Shown here in pieces: positions 1-12,394 of a stretch of 64,000 nt of DNA (the first letter of the stretch is position 1; every line of letters starts with the position of its first letter). Source of the DNA: Deltaproteobacteria bacterium (GTDB taxonomy: Bacteria > Myxococcota_A > Polyangia > Polyangiales > Houyiibacteriaceae); assembly GCA_034670305.1 (NCBI GenBank), contig JAXMNT010000036.1, positions 14,451-78,450 of the forward strand. Reading direction: 5' to 3'. Below the pieces are notes generated by a model that worked only from the letters and a program-made list of their open reading frames with translations, was not told where the DNA came from and did no database searches. Both the position numbers and the translations under genes were made by a program.

Positions 1-546
1 GCGACTGACCCCGTACTTCTCGGCAACGTTCTCCGCGGTCATGCCCATGCCGAGGAGTGGGAACCGCTGTTCCATCTTCGGGTTGGGAAACCGCCAGCCG
101 AGGCTCGTGTCGTAGATCTTCGGTGGCTTGCGGGGGAAGGCCTCCTCCGGTTTGCTCATCGCGTAAGGCGCTCGGCTCATGGACTCGACGCCACCCGCCA
201 CCATCACGTCGTGGTCGCCGAGCGCGATCGCGCGGGCGCACTGGATGACGGCTTCGAGCCCGGACCCGCAGAGCCGGTTGACTGTCACGCCGCTTACCTC
301 GAACGGAAGCCCCGCGAGCAGCGACGCCATGCGCGCGATGTTGCGGTTGTCTTCGCCGGCCTGGTTCGTCGCGCCGAGAATGACTTCTTCGACGTCCTTC
401 TTGGCCTCGCCCTGCCGGTCGAGAAGCGCGCTCAACACCCCGGCGGCGAGGTCGTCGGGCCGCACCCGGGCGAGCCCTCCCCGGTACTTGCCGATCGGGG
501 TTCGCAGTGCATCGATGACGACGACGTCGCGGGTCTCCATGTTCAT
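1..546 (-). CDS. Acetyl-CoA C-acyltransferase (thiolase, PcaF/PaaJ-like), 5' part; runs off the window
   Basis: Manual translation of the minus strand: (MN)[31 protein letters not shown]...[21 protein letters not shown]...[13 protein letters not shown]...[11 protein letters not shown] (thiolase active-site Cys motif). Not in the ORF track because the stop lies outside the window. Confidence 0.92.
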   Translation of the reverse strand, partial: MNMETRDVVVIDALRTPIGKYRGGLARVRPDDLAAGVLSALLDRQGEAKKDVEEVILGATNQAGEDNRNIARMASLLAGLPFEVSGVTVNRLCGSGLEAVIQCARAIALGDHDVMVAGGVESMSRAPYAMSKPEEAFPRKPPKIYDTSLGWRFPNPKMEQRFPLLGMGMTAENVAEKYGVSR

Positions 547-750
547 CCTGTCCGGTGCGGCGTTCCGCGGTTTCGGCGAGTCCGCGCGGACCGCACCTGC
601 GGCCCGGACGACTCCCAATGCTTGGCCAGTGCTGCGGGAACAGCGCGGTCGAACGCCGTTCTACCGCCACCGTCGTCTCACCGCCAACGCAAAGGGCCCA
701 CACCAACGGTGCGGGCCCTTGTAGGCGCGCGAAGCGCCCAATCCCGCGAA

Positions 751-1011
751 GCGCCAACGAGTCAGGCGGCTCCCCCCGTGCACCTGCGCAGGCCGAGCAA
801 CTGGTGCACTCCCCAAGTGCGTCATGGGGCGGCGGGAGTGCATCGACCGCGCGCAGCCGCCAGTCCCGCGAAGCGGGCCAGGCCCCGAACAGCGCCAGCG
901 AGTCAGGCGGCTCCCCCCGTGCACCTGCGCAGGCCGTAGGCCGAGCAACTGGTGCACTCCCCAAGTGCGTCATGGAGGCGGCGGGAGTGCATCGACCGCG
1001 CGCAGCCGCCA
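751..1011. repeat. ~110-120 bp imperfect direct repeat, 2 copies (~751-862, ~892-1011)
   Basis: GAGTCAGGCGGCTCCCCCCGTGCACCTGCGCAGGCCG...AGCAACTGGTGCACTCCCCAAGTGCGTCATGG...GGCGGCGGGAGTGCATCGACCGCGCGCAGCCGCCA occurs twice in the intergenic region. Confidence 0.9.
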
Positions 1012-1069
1012 AGTGCTCCAAGTGCTCTTTCAGTGGACCCAGTGATCAGGCGGCGAGCACGTCGATGTG

Positions 1070-1189
1070 CCCAGGTGGGGAGGAGGCCGCAGGCCGGAGG
1101 GGGAACCCTTCCCCCTCAGGAACAATGGACGCCGAATTAGGGCCCCAGGTGGGGAGGCCGCAGGCCGGAGGGGGAACCCTTCCCCCTCA
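1070..1189. repeat. REP-like palindromic unit, 2 direct copies
   Basis: CCCAGGTGGGGAGG(AGG)CCGCAGGCCGGAGGGGGAACCCTTCCCCCTCAG at ~1070-1119 and ~1144-1189; contains a GAGGGGGA/TTCCCCCTC stem. Confidence 0.85.
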
Positions 1190-1233
1190 GAGAGCACGGG
1201 TCCCGCGAAGCGGGCCAGGCCCGTAGCAAGAAG

Positions 1234-4179
<2,946 letters not shown>

Positions 4180-4497
4180 GTGCTTGTTACAGACCGAGCG
4201 TGCGAGGTTCGCCTTGGGTACATCCCAACGCCGATGTCCCCGATGGGCGCAGTCTCCTAAGCCCCCTCCACCACGTCAAGCTTGGTCCAAGATTGGTAGG
4301 ATCCCTGCGGCATGGATCAGTTCGTTTCGGCTGGGGCCGTTTCGATCTCTTCCGGCGCGAACGCGGGAGGGGGTGGGGTCTGCGCCACGGGCGGAGGCGT
4401 GGAAGCGCATGCAGCGACGCCCCACAACGCGAGGAGCGGTGCGAGGCGTTGGGGGGACCGACCGTGGAAGGTCATCTCGGCCGTGCTCTTGGAGGAC

Positions 4498-4920
4498 TCA
4501 GTAGGCCAGGTTGCCGCGTTTGGTCATCGAGGTCTCGCCGAACTGGTTGACCATGCCTTCGCCGCTGTCCTGGAACTCGAAGACGCTCGCGATGCGGAAG
4601 GCGTCGCCGTTGTCGGCGCGGATCGTGATGTCCACGGTCTCGGCGTCCTCGACCTGCGGGGTCGTGACGAGGAGCGTCTCCGGGTCGATGATGGTCACCG
4701 AGGGCGCGCGCCGGGTCCCGAAGAACACGGTGTAGCCGATGTCGGTGCGGAAGTTCTGGCCGCCGATCTTCACCGGCTGCTCCCCGCCAAGACCCGCGTT
4801 TCGCGGCTCGACGGTGAGAATGGCCATTTCGCCACCTTCGCTCTCGCACCCGGCGAGGACGCCGACGGAGACAAAAGCGATGAGGAGGGAGCTGCTGAGC
4901 ATCGTGGAGAGGAGGCGCAT
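4498..4920 (-). CDS. IPT/TIG-domain lipoprotein
   Basis: Lipobox VLAGC; VEPRNAGLGGEQPVKIGGQNF...VFFG...LLVTTP IPT/TIG pattern. Start uncertain (4959 or 4920). Confidence 0.8.
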   Translation of the reverse strand: MRLLSTMLSSSLLIAFVSVGVLAGCESEGGEMAILTVEPRNAGLGGEQPVKIGGQNFRTDIGYTVFFGTRRAPSVTIIDPETLLVTTPQVEDAETVDITIRADNGDAFRIASVFEFQDSGEGMVNQFGETSMTKRGNLAY

Positions 4921-5052
4921 GAGGCCCGCACGATATTCCCCGTTGGGCCGGCCCGTCAATCGCGCTCTTCACCGCGGCCATTGGGTGCGAACTGGCTTGT
5001 TTGCCCGAGCTGGATGGTTAACTCGGCCCCCCGCGGCTGGATCGAGGAGCAC

Positions 5053-6399
5053 ATGACCGTCCTGGCAATGAGTGTGGAACGAGTGGAAGACCATCCCGAC
5101 GCGGATTCGCTGCGGGTGCACCAGCTGCGCGCCGGGGAGCGCACGGCGCAGGTCGTAGCGAACCTCGAGACCGTCTACGCGGTGGGCGACGTCGTGGCGG
5201 TGGCGCTCGTCGGAAGCACGCTGCAGGGCAACCTCTCGATCCGGCGGGTCCGGCTTCGGGGCGTCGACTCGTTCGGGATGATGCTCGGACGGGTGGAAGA
5301 GGCGGTTGGCACGGACCTGTCCCACCTTCACGAAGACCCGGCGGCGGAAGCGTCGAGCGGGGCCGAACGACACGCCTTCGTCGCGTGGCCGAGCATCGAA
5401 CAACTGCACCACCTCCGCGCGCACTTCGCCGCTCAGGCGGAGACGCCGCCGCAGGTCGCGTACCGGGCCAAGGTCAAACTCGACGGCACCAACGCGGGTG
5501 TCCAGATCCTCCGCATGCAAGGCGCCGAGGACGAGGTGTCGGTCGTGGCGCAGAGCCGCACCCGGCTGCTCTCTGTCGAGCAGGACAACTACGGGTTCGC
5601 CCGATGGGTGGACGCCCGCCGCGATGGGTTCGCGGCGCTCGCGCAAGACGTCGCGACCGGGGAGGACCGGTCGCTCGTCACGGTGTTCGGCGAATGGGTC
5701 GGGCCCGGCGTGCAGCGGGGGGTGGCGGTCTCCAAGATCCCGGAGAAATGTTTCGTCGTCTTCGCGATTCAGTTTGGCGATCCGATGCGCGACGCGGCCA
5801 CGCTCGAGGTCGAGCCGGCTGCGATCGAAGCGCGCGTCGGCGCGATCGATGGCGTGCATGTGCTGCCGTGGGTGGACCTGTCCGTCTCGCTCGACTTCGC
5901 CGATCCGGTCGCGCTCGCCGCCGGGGCCGAACGCATCAACGCGCTCGTCTCCGACGTCGAGCAGTGCGACCCGTGGGTGAAGGGCGTCTTCGGGATCGAA
6001 GGCGTCGGCGAAGGGGTGGTGCTCTACCCCGATCCGAAGGGCGCGCCGCTCGACCGCGACCTGTGCTCGGAACGCATGTTCAAAGCGAAGGGCGAAAAGC
6101 ACCGCGTGGTGCGGACCAAAGCGCCGGCTCAGATCGATCCGGAACAGGCCAAGAGCGTGGCGGAGTTCGTCGAGCTGGTGGTCACGGACGCGCGCCTCGA
6201 ACAAGGGGTGCGCGAGGCATGCGACGGCGTGTTCGAGATGAAACGCATCGGCCATTTCTTGAAGTGGATCGCCGGCGATGTGCGGAAGGAAACGAGCGTG
6301 GAGCTCGAAGCGGCAGGGCTCACCTGGAAACAGGTCGGCAAAGCCGTGTCGGCCAAGGCGAAGTCCTTCTACATCAACGGGGTCCGGCGCATCGACTGA
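5053..6399 (+). CDS. ATP-dependent RNA ligase (Rnl2-like) with N-terminal tRNA-binding OB-fold
   Basis: GAGGAG RBS then ATG at 5053; N-term HPDADSL...RLRGVDSFGMM (PheT-B2/Trbp111-like); nucleotidyltransferase motifs KLDGTN, QSR, FGEW, FVVFAI, EGVV, FKAKG; Rnl2-like C-domain VTDAR...GDVRKE. Confidence 0.85.
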   Translation: MTVLAMSVERVEDHPDADSLRVHQLRAGERTAQVVANLETVYAVGDVVAVALVGSTLQGNLSIRRVRLRGVDSFGMMLGRVEEAVGTDLSHLHEDPAAEASSGAERHAFVAWPSIEQLHHLRAHFAAQAETPPQVAYRAKVKLDGTNAGVQILRMQGAEDEVSVVAQSRTRLLSVEQDNYGFARWVDARRDGFAALAQDVATGEDRSLVTVFGEWVGPGVQRGVAVSKIPEKCFVVFAIQFGDPMRDAATLEVEPAAIEARVGAIDGVHVLPWVDLSVSLDFADPVALAAGAERINALVSDVEQCDPWVKGVFGIEGVGEGVVLYPDPKGAPLDRDLCSERMFKAKGEKHRVVRTKAPAQIDPEQAKSVAEFVELVVTDARLEQGVREACDGVFEMKRIGHFLKWIAGDVRKETSVELEAAGLTWKQVGKAVSAKAKSFYINGVRRID

Positions 6400-6453
6400 C
6401 CGGTGCCCATTCGCGGCAGTGATAAGGATCGACGCGGCTGCTAGCCTCACGGC

Positions 6454-7089
6454 ATGCGCAGCGGATGGGTCTTGGTGGTGGGGTGTCTGGTGGCGTGTGG
6501 CGAGAGCACCGCGCCACCGGACGGCTCCATCGATTCGGGTGCGGTTGACGCGCCCGCGGTCGACGCGCCCGGGGTCGACGCGCCCCCGGTGGACGCGCCT
6601 GGGGTCGACACCGGACCGCGACCGGATGCCGGACGCCGCTCTTGCGGCGGGTTCGTGGGCGCGACCTGCGAAGACGACGAGTTCTGCGACTACTCGTTCG
6701 ACGATGCCTGCGGCGCCGACGACGGTGGCGGGTTCTGCGAACCGCGGCCGATGGATTGCCCGGACATCGCGGACCCCACCTGCGCATGCGATGGGATGGT
6801 CTACGGCAACGCCTGCGAGGCCAACGCGGCGGGCTTCGATGTGAACGCGCTGCGCGGCGGCTGCACCCCGCCCGAGGGCACGTTCGGGTGCGGAGCGAGG
6901 TTCTGCGACATGAGCTCGTACTGCTTGGTCATCGTGGACGACACCGGCCTGCCGCCGACCTACGAATGTCGCCCGCTCCCGGGTGCCTGCGGGGCCGAGC
7001 CCACCTGCGCGTGCGTGGCGGAAGAGCCGTGCGGCGACATCTGCGAGGAGCGGTCCGACCACCTCGAGGTGGTCTGCCCAGGCGGCTAG
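6454..7089 (+). CDS. Cys-rich lipoprotein with Kazal-type domain
   Basis: Lipobox LVAC, DAPx linker repeats, CPDIADPTCACDGMVYGNACEA Kazal pattern. Confidence 0.82.
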   Translation: MRSGWVLVVGCLVACGESTAPPDGSIDSGAVDAPAVDAPGVDAPPVDAPGVDTGPRPDAGRRSCGGFVGATCEDDEFCDYSFDDACGADDGGGFCEPRPMDCPDIADPTCACDGMVYGNACEANAAGFDVNALRGGCTPPEGTFGCGARFCDMSSYCLVIVDDTGLPPTYECRPLPGACGAEPTCACVAEEPCGDICEERSDHLEVVCPGG

Positions 7090-7130
7090 CAGCAAAGACC
7101 GCGGACAGCGACAGAGAGAGCAGCAGACTC

Positions 7131-7338
7131 GACGTCGGCTTCGGCGTCGGCTCGGCGTCGGCTTCGGCTTCGGCGTCGGCGTCGGCGTCGGCGTCGGCTT
7201 CGGCTTCGGATTCGGATTCGGCTTCCGCTTCCGCTTCCGCTTCCGCTTCCGCTTCCGCTTCCGCTTCCGCTTCCGCTTCCGCTTCCGCTTCCGCTTCCGC
7301 TTCCGCTTCCGCATCCGCTTCCGCTTCCGCTTCCGCTT
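7131..7338. repeat. Hexamer array (GGCTTC/GGCGTC)n then (GCTTCC)n
   Basis: Seen directly, between convergent genes. Confidence 0.97.
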
Positions 7339-7344
7339 AACTGT

Positions 7345-9012
7345 TCAGCGGGCCCAGCCGAGGAGGATGACGACGCCGATGCTGTTGGGGGGCGCGTCGG
7401 GGCGGTCGCCCTGCGCGACGCCGATGCCGATGTAGCGCACCTCGGGATCGAACGTGGGCTCGAGGCGGCTCGCTTCGCTCACGTCGCCGACGACGGCCAT
7501 CAATCCGCCGATGCGGCTGAACATCATCGAGAACCGCCGGAGCGATCCGCTCGCGTCGTCCACCGTGTCCTGCTGGCTCTGGTTCGGGTTCGCGAAGTAC
7601 TCGGTCGCGGCGTTGCCGGCCGCGGTCTCGAGGTTCTCATCCACTTCGAGCGCAGACGCCCCTCGCGCCCGGCGACCCGCGTTGATCGCTTCCAGCAGCT
7701 CGGCACGTGCATCCGCGGCGTCGATCTCGGCGTTCATGCGGATGAAGACTTCGGTTGCGACGAACGCGGTCCGCGAGCCCTCGGTCTCCGACACGACGCC
7801 GACGCCGACGTGGGTCACCGACCGGTTGAGGATGTTCGCGCGGTGGCCCGGGCTGGCGAGCAGCCCCTGGTGGATCTCGGTCGGCGAGTACCCTCGGCCG
7901 ATGTTCTCCAGGATGAGCCCGGAGCGGTAGCCGGCGCGCTCGACGCGGGCCGGCGCGTCGCCCGTGGTCGGGCTCCGGTGTCCGACGAATCCATTCGCCA
8001 CCATGTCTTCGCTGTGGGCCCGGGCGACGTCGTCGAGCCCGTCGTGGGCGCTGAGCGGCCGCAAGCCGGCGCCTTCCCGCGACTCGTTGATGCGGGCGAG
8101 TAGCGCGCGCGCCACCGCTGCGGCGTCGCTCATCTCCGAGGCGTCGTCGCGCACCCGAATCGCCACTTCGCGGGGAGGCTCCACCCCGACGTACACCGGG
8201 AAGTTCGCGACCACCGAGTCGCCGCGGGATCCGCGCGCGAGCACCTCGACCTGATACGCGCCGGGCGCAGCGAGTGGGACCTCGACCGTGAAGTCGGGCC
8301 CTGGGCCGGCGGGCAGCCGTTCCACGTCGGCACCGGGCGGCGCCACCGCCACCGTCGGGGTCGAGTAGCCGTCGGAGAGCCGGCCGCGCAGGGTGATCGT
8401 GCGGGTCCCCGCGGCGAGCGCGCGCGGCACCGAGTCCAACGTGAGCACTCGGGTGCTCAGCGTGACGACGACCACGCGAAGGTCCCCCTGGAGCACCACC
8501 GCAGCGCCGAAGTGCGTGTAGCGCTGGCGGGCCAAGAACCGGCGCACCCCATCGGCGACCGCGACGTCGAGACCGCTGTCGCTGGACTGTCCGAGCACCA
8601 ACAGATGCGGCACGGGCTCCACGAGGCCGAGGTGGCGCGTGAAGAGTTCGATCACCTCGTGGGGAGGCGCTGCGCCGCCCTGGCCGAGGTGCGGCACGAT
8701 CCACTCGGCCAGCAAGGCCAAACGTTCGTCGCCCTGCAGCAGCACACCCGCGTCCTGACCCGCATCGCGCACGCCCGAGGCCACCTCATCGGCCGCGGAC
8801 TCGGCCCGCACACCGCCTGGTTCCGCGGTGGTCTCGTAGCTGTCTCGGCCGGGGCCCGGCACCGAGATGGTCTCGACGGAGGCGTGTTGCACGTCGCCGT
8901 TCTGAGTTCCGCCACCACATGCGACGGCGGCCAGTGACCACACGAACCACCAACGTCGTGCGCCGAGGCGCTCCGAACCAGGGAGCGAAGAGAGAGCACC
9001 GGAATGCGACAA
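7345..9012 (-). CDS. CAP (SCP/PR-1) domain lipoprotein with multiple CAP-like domains
   Basis: AAVAC lipobox; INESREGAGLRPL...ARAHSEDM...ENIG...SPGHRANIL...HVGVGV; a second degenerate CAP domain at the C-terminus. Confidence 0.88.
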   Translation of the reverse strand: MSHSGALSSLPGSERLGARRWWFVWSLAAVACGGGTQNGDVQHASVETISVPGPGRDSYETTAEPGGVRAESAADEVASGVRDAGQDAGVLLQGDERLALLAEWIVPHLGQGGAAPPHEVIELFTRHLGLVEPVPHLLVLGQSSDSGLDVAVADGVRRFLARQRYTHFGAAVVLQGDLRVVVVTLSTRVLTLDSVPRALAAGTRTITLRGRLSDGYSTPTVAVAPPGADVERLPAGPGPDFTVEVPLAAPGAYQVEVLARGSRGDSVVANFPVYVGVEPPREVAIRVRDDASEMSDAAAVARALLARINESREGAGLRPLSAHDGLDDVARAHSEDMVANGFVGHRSPTTGDAPARVERAGYRSGLILENIGRGYSPTEIHQGLLASPGHRANILNRSVTHVGVGVVSETEGSRTAFVATEVFIRMNAEIDAADARAELLEAINAGRRARGASALEVDENLETAAGNAATEYFANPNQSQQDTVDDASGSLRRFSMMFSRIGGLMAVVGDVSEASRLEPTFDPEVRYIGIGVAQGDRPDAPPNSIGVVILLGWAR

Positions 9013-9015
9013 CGT

Positions 9016-10590
9016 TTACTCCTGGGCCCACGGATCGACCACTTCGACGTGGCGTGGTTGCACGCGCATCGGAGTGACCTCCGCGGTCTGAGACGGTTCG
9101 GTCATGGTGTGCCGACGGGGGCGGGTCATGCCGCTTCGCGGCGCGGGGGACTCGATGGGCTCGAGCGCGACCCGCACATCCACGCTCGTCGACGCGAGCC
9201 GCACCTGCCGCGGTTCGTGATCCCGCACGCGGAGTTCGAGCATCAGGGCCTCGCCCTCGGCCGGTCGGTCGAACGACATGGGGGTGTTCCCGACCACCGC
9301 GCCGTCGACGACGATCGCAGCCCCGATCGGATCGCTCGTCACCTCGATGCGAACCATCTCTTCGGCCGGCGCGGGCGGCTCGAGTTCGGCGGCTGGAGCC
9401 ACCTCGCGTGGCGCGGCGATGCCAGCCGCCGGCGCGTGGCTCGAGTTCTGAGCCACCTCGGTGTGTCCAGACAAAGCGAACCACGCCCCAGCGCCGGCCC
9501 CTCCGACGAGGAGAACGAGCAGCGCACCCACCAACAGCCACGGTGCGGACGAACTCTGGCTCGGCGGCGCGGCCATCATCCCTGTCATCCCTGCCGCGAC
9601 CGCTGGGGAGGGCACCCGCTCGAACGCGACCGCACCGCCAGCGCGGATGGTGTGGAGATCGGCGACGAGCGCTTCCATCGAGCCGTAGCGATCTTCGGGA
9701 CGCTTCGCGAGCGCCCGCATCACGACCCCTTCGAGGGGCCCGGCCGCCGCTTCGATCTCACTGGGACGGGGCGGCTCTTCGAACATGTGTGCGGAGAGGA
9801 TGCCCATGAACGTGTCGCCGTCGAACGGCACGACGCCGGTACACATCTCGAAGAGGATCACGCCGAGCGCGTAGATGTCCGCGCGTGCGTCCACGCTCTG
9901 TCCGGCCGCCTGCTCAGGCGCCATGTAGTGCGGGGTTCCGAAGACGGTGCCGGTGCGGGTCAGCTTCGAGTTGGCGCCACCGACCTTGGCGATGCCGAAG
10001 TCCAGCACCTTCACGAAGTGGTCGGTCTCGTTTCGATGAATGAGGAACACGTTGTCCGGCTTCAGATCGCGGTGGACGATGCCGCGGCTGTGGGCCGCCC
10101 CGAGCGCGGACGCCATCTGAAGGCCGATCTCGATCACCATGTCGATCGCCATCGGCCCGCGCCGGATGCGTTTCGTCAGTGGCTCGCCCTCGAGGTGTTC
10201 CATCACGAAGTAGGCGGAGCCATCGGGCAACCGGCCGAAGTCTGAGATGTCGACGATGTTCGGATGCCCGATCGCGGTCGACGACGTGGCTTCCTGCTGG
10301 AACCGTTGGACGGTGACCTCGTCCCGCGACGCATCGCTGCGCAGCACCTTGAGCGCCATGCGCTTGTTCAATGCGACGTGGGTGATCAGGTAGACCACGC
10401 CCATGCCGCCCGCACCGAGCGTGGAGTCGATCCGGTAGCGTCCGTCGATCGTCTTGCCGATCAGCGGATCGAGGGGCTGGCTCGTCTCGGGGACGGGCTG
10501 CAACTCCGAGCCATCCTGCGGGCAGAACCGAACTTCGGAGGTGAAGCGGGAGCCACACGACGCGCAGTGGTAGGTCTGAACGGTCATCAA
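9016..10590 (-). CDS. Ser/Thr protein kinase with Zn-ribbon N-terminus, TM helix and PEGA domain
   Basis: LGAGGMGVVY, ALKVL, HRDLKPDN, DFG, YMAPE; TM; VTSDPIGAAIVVDGAVVGNTP PEGA motif. Confidence 0.95.
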   Translation of the reverse strand: MMTVQTYHCASCGSRFTSEVRFCPQDGSELQPVPETSQPLDPLIGKTIDGRYRIDSTLGAGGMGVVYLITHVALNKRMALKVLRSDASRDEVTVQRFQQEATSSTAIGHPNIVDISDFGRLPDGSAYFVMEHLEGEPLTKRIRRGPMAIDMVIEIGLQMASALGAAHSRGIVHRDLKPDNVFLIHRNETDHFVKVLDFGIAKVGGANSKLTRTGTVFGTPHYMAPEQAAGQSVDARADIYALGVILFEMCTGVVPFDGDTFMGILSAHMFEEPPRPSEIEAAAGPLEGVVMRALAKRPEDRYGSMEALVADLHTIRAGGAVAFERVPSPAVAAGMTGMMAAPPSQSSSAPWLLVGALLVLLVGGAGAGAWFALSGHTEVAQNSSHAPAAGIAAPREVAPAAELEPPAPAEEMVRIEVTSDPIGAAIVVDGAVVGNTPMSFDRPAEGEALMLELRVRDHEPRQVRLASTSVDVRVALEPIESPAPRSGMTRPRRHTMTEPSQTAEVTPMRVQPRHVEVVDPWAQE

Positions 10591-10675
10591 ACGTGGGAAA
10601 TGGGGTCAACCGGCGTCGGCTGGCCTCGCCCTGGCAGGGTACTCCAAGACGGAGCGGACTGTCTCCTGCGGAAGG

Positions 10676-10894
10676 CTATTCGCCGGCATCCCCAGCGCTG
10701 GCATCCCCAGCGTCGACCTCGCCGCCGTCGCCGGCGTCGCGTGCTTCACCGCACACGCCGCCCGCGCACACGAGTTCGCCCTCGCACTGCGTGTCGCGGG
10801 TGCAGGGGTCGCCCGGTCCGGTGGAGTCCTCGAACCCGCACTGCGGAGTGGCGACAAGCGCCAGCCCGAGCGCGGTTGCGAGGACCCAGGCCAT
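10676..10894 (-). CDS. Small secreted Cys-rich protein
   Basis: Hydrophobic N-terminus, GDPCTRDTQCEGELVCAGGVC, DAG tail; abuts the stop of the upstream SPFH gene. Confidence 0.6.
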   Translation of the reverse strand: MAWVLATALGLALVATPQCGFEDSTGPGDPCTRDTQCEGELVCAGGVCGEARDAGDGGEVDAGDASAGDAGE

Positions 10895-12139
10895 TCAGTC
10901 TCCGAGGCTGGTGCCGCAGCCGGAGCAGAACCGACCGCCTGGGGCGTTCTGAGATCCGCAGGACGGACAGAACTTCGGAGCCGGTGAGAGTCCGGTACCG
11001 CATTCGGCGCAGAACTTCCCGGCCGGCACACTCGCGCTGCATCCCGGACACGACACCTTGCCGTCCGCGCCCGCTTGAAGGGGCGGGGGTGGTGCCGCGG
11101 GTGCGGCCGCGGGCGCACCGGGGGTCATCGCGCCAGCGAATGCTTGGGCCATACCGAACCCCGCGCCGAGTCCTGCGCCGGCCATCATGCCGCCGCCGCC
11201 GCCGCCCTCGCCGGGACCCTGCGCCATGCCGGCGCCGGCACCGATCATCGCCTTGCCAGCCGCCATCTTGCCGAAGTCGCCGCCGGCCAACCCGGTGTAG
11301 CGCGCGTCCTGCTGGAACTCTTGGTCGAGTTCGAACTGCTTCTGCTGTGCTTCGGCCTGGGCCTTCGCGATCGCGATCTGCGCGATGCGGGCTTCGCGCT
11401 TCGCCTGGCCGATCTCGCCCTGCGCCGCCTTGAGCGTCTCTTTGTCCTCAGGGCTGAGGTTGATGTCGAAGTCGCTGACCTGGAGGATCTTGACGCCGAT
11501 GTTCTCGAGCTCGGGCGCGTGCTGCTCGAACATGCGCGCCAGCTGACTCTGCAGCGCCATGAGCTGGAGGAGACTCTTGCCTTCGGTCTGACAGACGTGG
11601 CCGACCACCGTCTTCACCGAGTTCTTGAAGCAGTCCTTGATCCAGGTGAGCACCTGCTCGTTGGATGTCAGCCCGCGCATGCCGACGTAGTTCACGATGA
11701 ACCGTGCGGGATCCACGATCTGAATCGCGAACTTGCCGAAGATGCGGGGCGTGACGAGCTCGCCGAGCATCGGGTCTTCCATCATGCCGAGCTCGCCCCC
11801 GAAGGGCAGGTCGTAGACCGGCTTCATCGTGACGAAATAGAGGTCGGTGATGAAGATGTTCCCGCCGGTCACCTTGTCGATGAGCTGGCCGAGGAACGGG
11901 ATGTTCTGGGAGGAGAGCTGATGTCGCTGTCCGGCACCCGCGGTCCGCATCACGCCAACGACGGACCCGTCGCGGAAGAACACCGCAGCTTCGTCGGCAT
12001 CGACGGTCAGCTGCGCATAGTTGGGGATCGTCTGCTCGGGGTGTTTAAAGATGATGAGATCTTTTTTGTCGTCAGGACGATGGATGAGCATCTCCTGCAC
12101 ACCGTCTTTGACGAACCCGAACACTCTTCCGAGCACCAT
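10895..12139 (-). CDS. SPFH-domain protein (YdjI-like) with C-terminal double zinc ribbon
   Basis: IPNYAQLTVDADEAAVFFRDG, PRIFGKFAIQIVDP, GAGLGAGFGMAQ, CPGC..FCAECG..FCPSCG..FCSGCG; probable start MVLGRVFG at 12139. Confidence 0.9.
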   Translation of the reverse strand: MVLGRVFGFVKDGVQEMLIHRPDDKKDLIIFKHPEQTIPNYAQLTVDADEAAVFFRDGSVVGVMRTAGAGQRHQLSSQNIPFLGQLIDKVTGGNIFITDLYFVTMKPVYDLPFGGELGMMEDPMLGELVTPRIFGKFAIQIVDPARFIVNYVGMRGLTSNEQVLTWIKDCFKNSVKTVVGHVCQTEGKSLLQLMALQSQLARMFEQHAPELENIGVKILQVSDFDINLSPEDKETLKAAQGEIGQAKREARIAQIAIAKAQAEAQQKQFELDQEFQQDARYTGLAGGDFGKMAAGKAMIGAGAGMAQGPGEGGGGGGMMAGAGLGAGFGMAQAFAGAMTPGAPAAAPAAPPPPLQAGADGKVSCPGCSASVPAGKFCAECGTGLSPAPKFCPSCGSQNAPGGRFCSGCGTSLGD

Positions 12140-12394
12140 GCCGTTCTCCCGTTCAGCGCCGACGCTCGTCGGCGGGCTGTAGCTTCCGCGGTTTGGACCC
12201 CTCTGTCTTCCCCGGACGTGAAGCGGGACCATCCTAACCATGCGGGGCCCCGATCGGAAGGGATGAGTGATCCTTCCGCGAAACGGCGGGGCGGAGACAC
12301 GGGAACGCAAGCGATCCAAGGGCGCGGGCGAGGTGAGGGCAGCGCGGAAGAATGAATGCGGAACCCTCGGCAAAAGTCGGTGTCGGATGTCAGG

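Noticed and set aside
751-1226. Possible CRISPR array (also considered 18369-18475, 52961-53061, 61084-61166)
   Set aside because: No series of constant repeats with unique, equal-length spacers, and no cas genes.
4312-5052. N-terminal extension of the RNA ligase ORF
   Set aside because: It is antisense to the IPT/TIG gene; a strong RBS and ATG at 5053 mark the likely start.
4969-7314. ORF starting with poly-RK, and similar poly-KP/poly-AS ORFs at 14449, 33691, 52226 and 52261
   Set aside because: Translations of hexamer arrays or antisense frames; no RBS or protein-like content.
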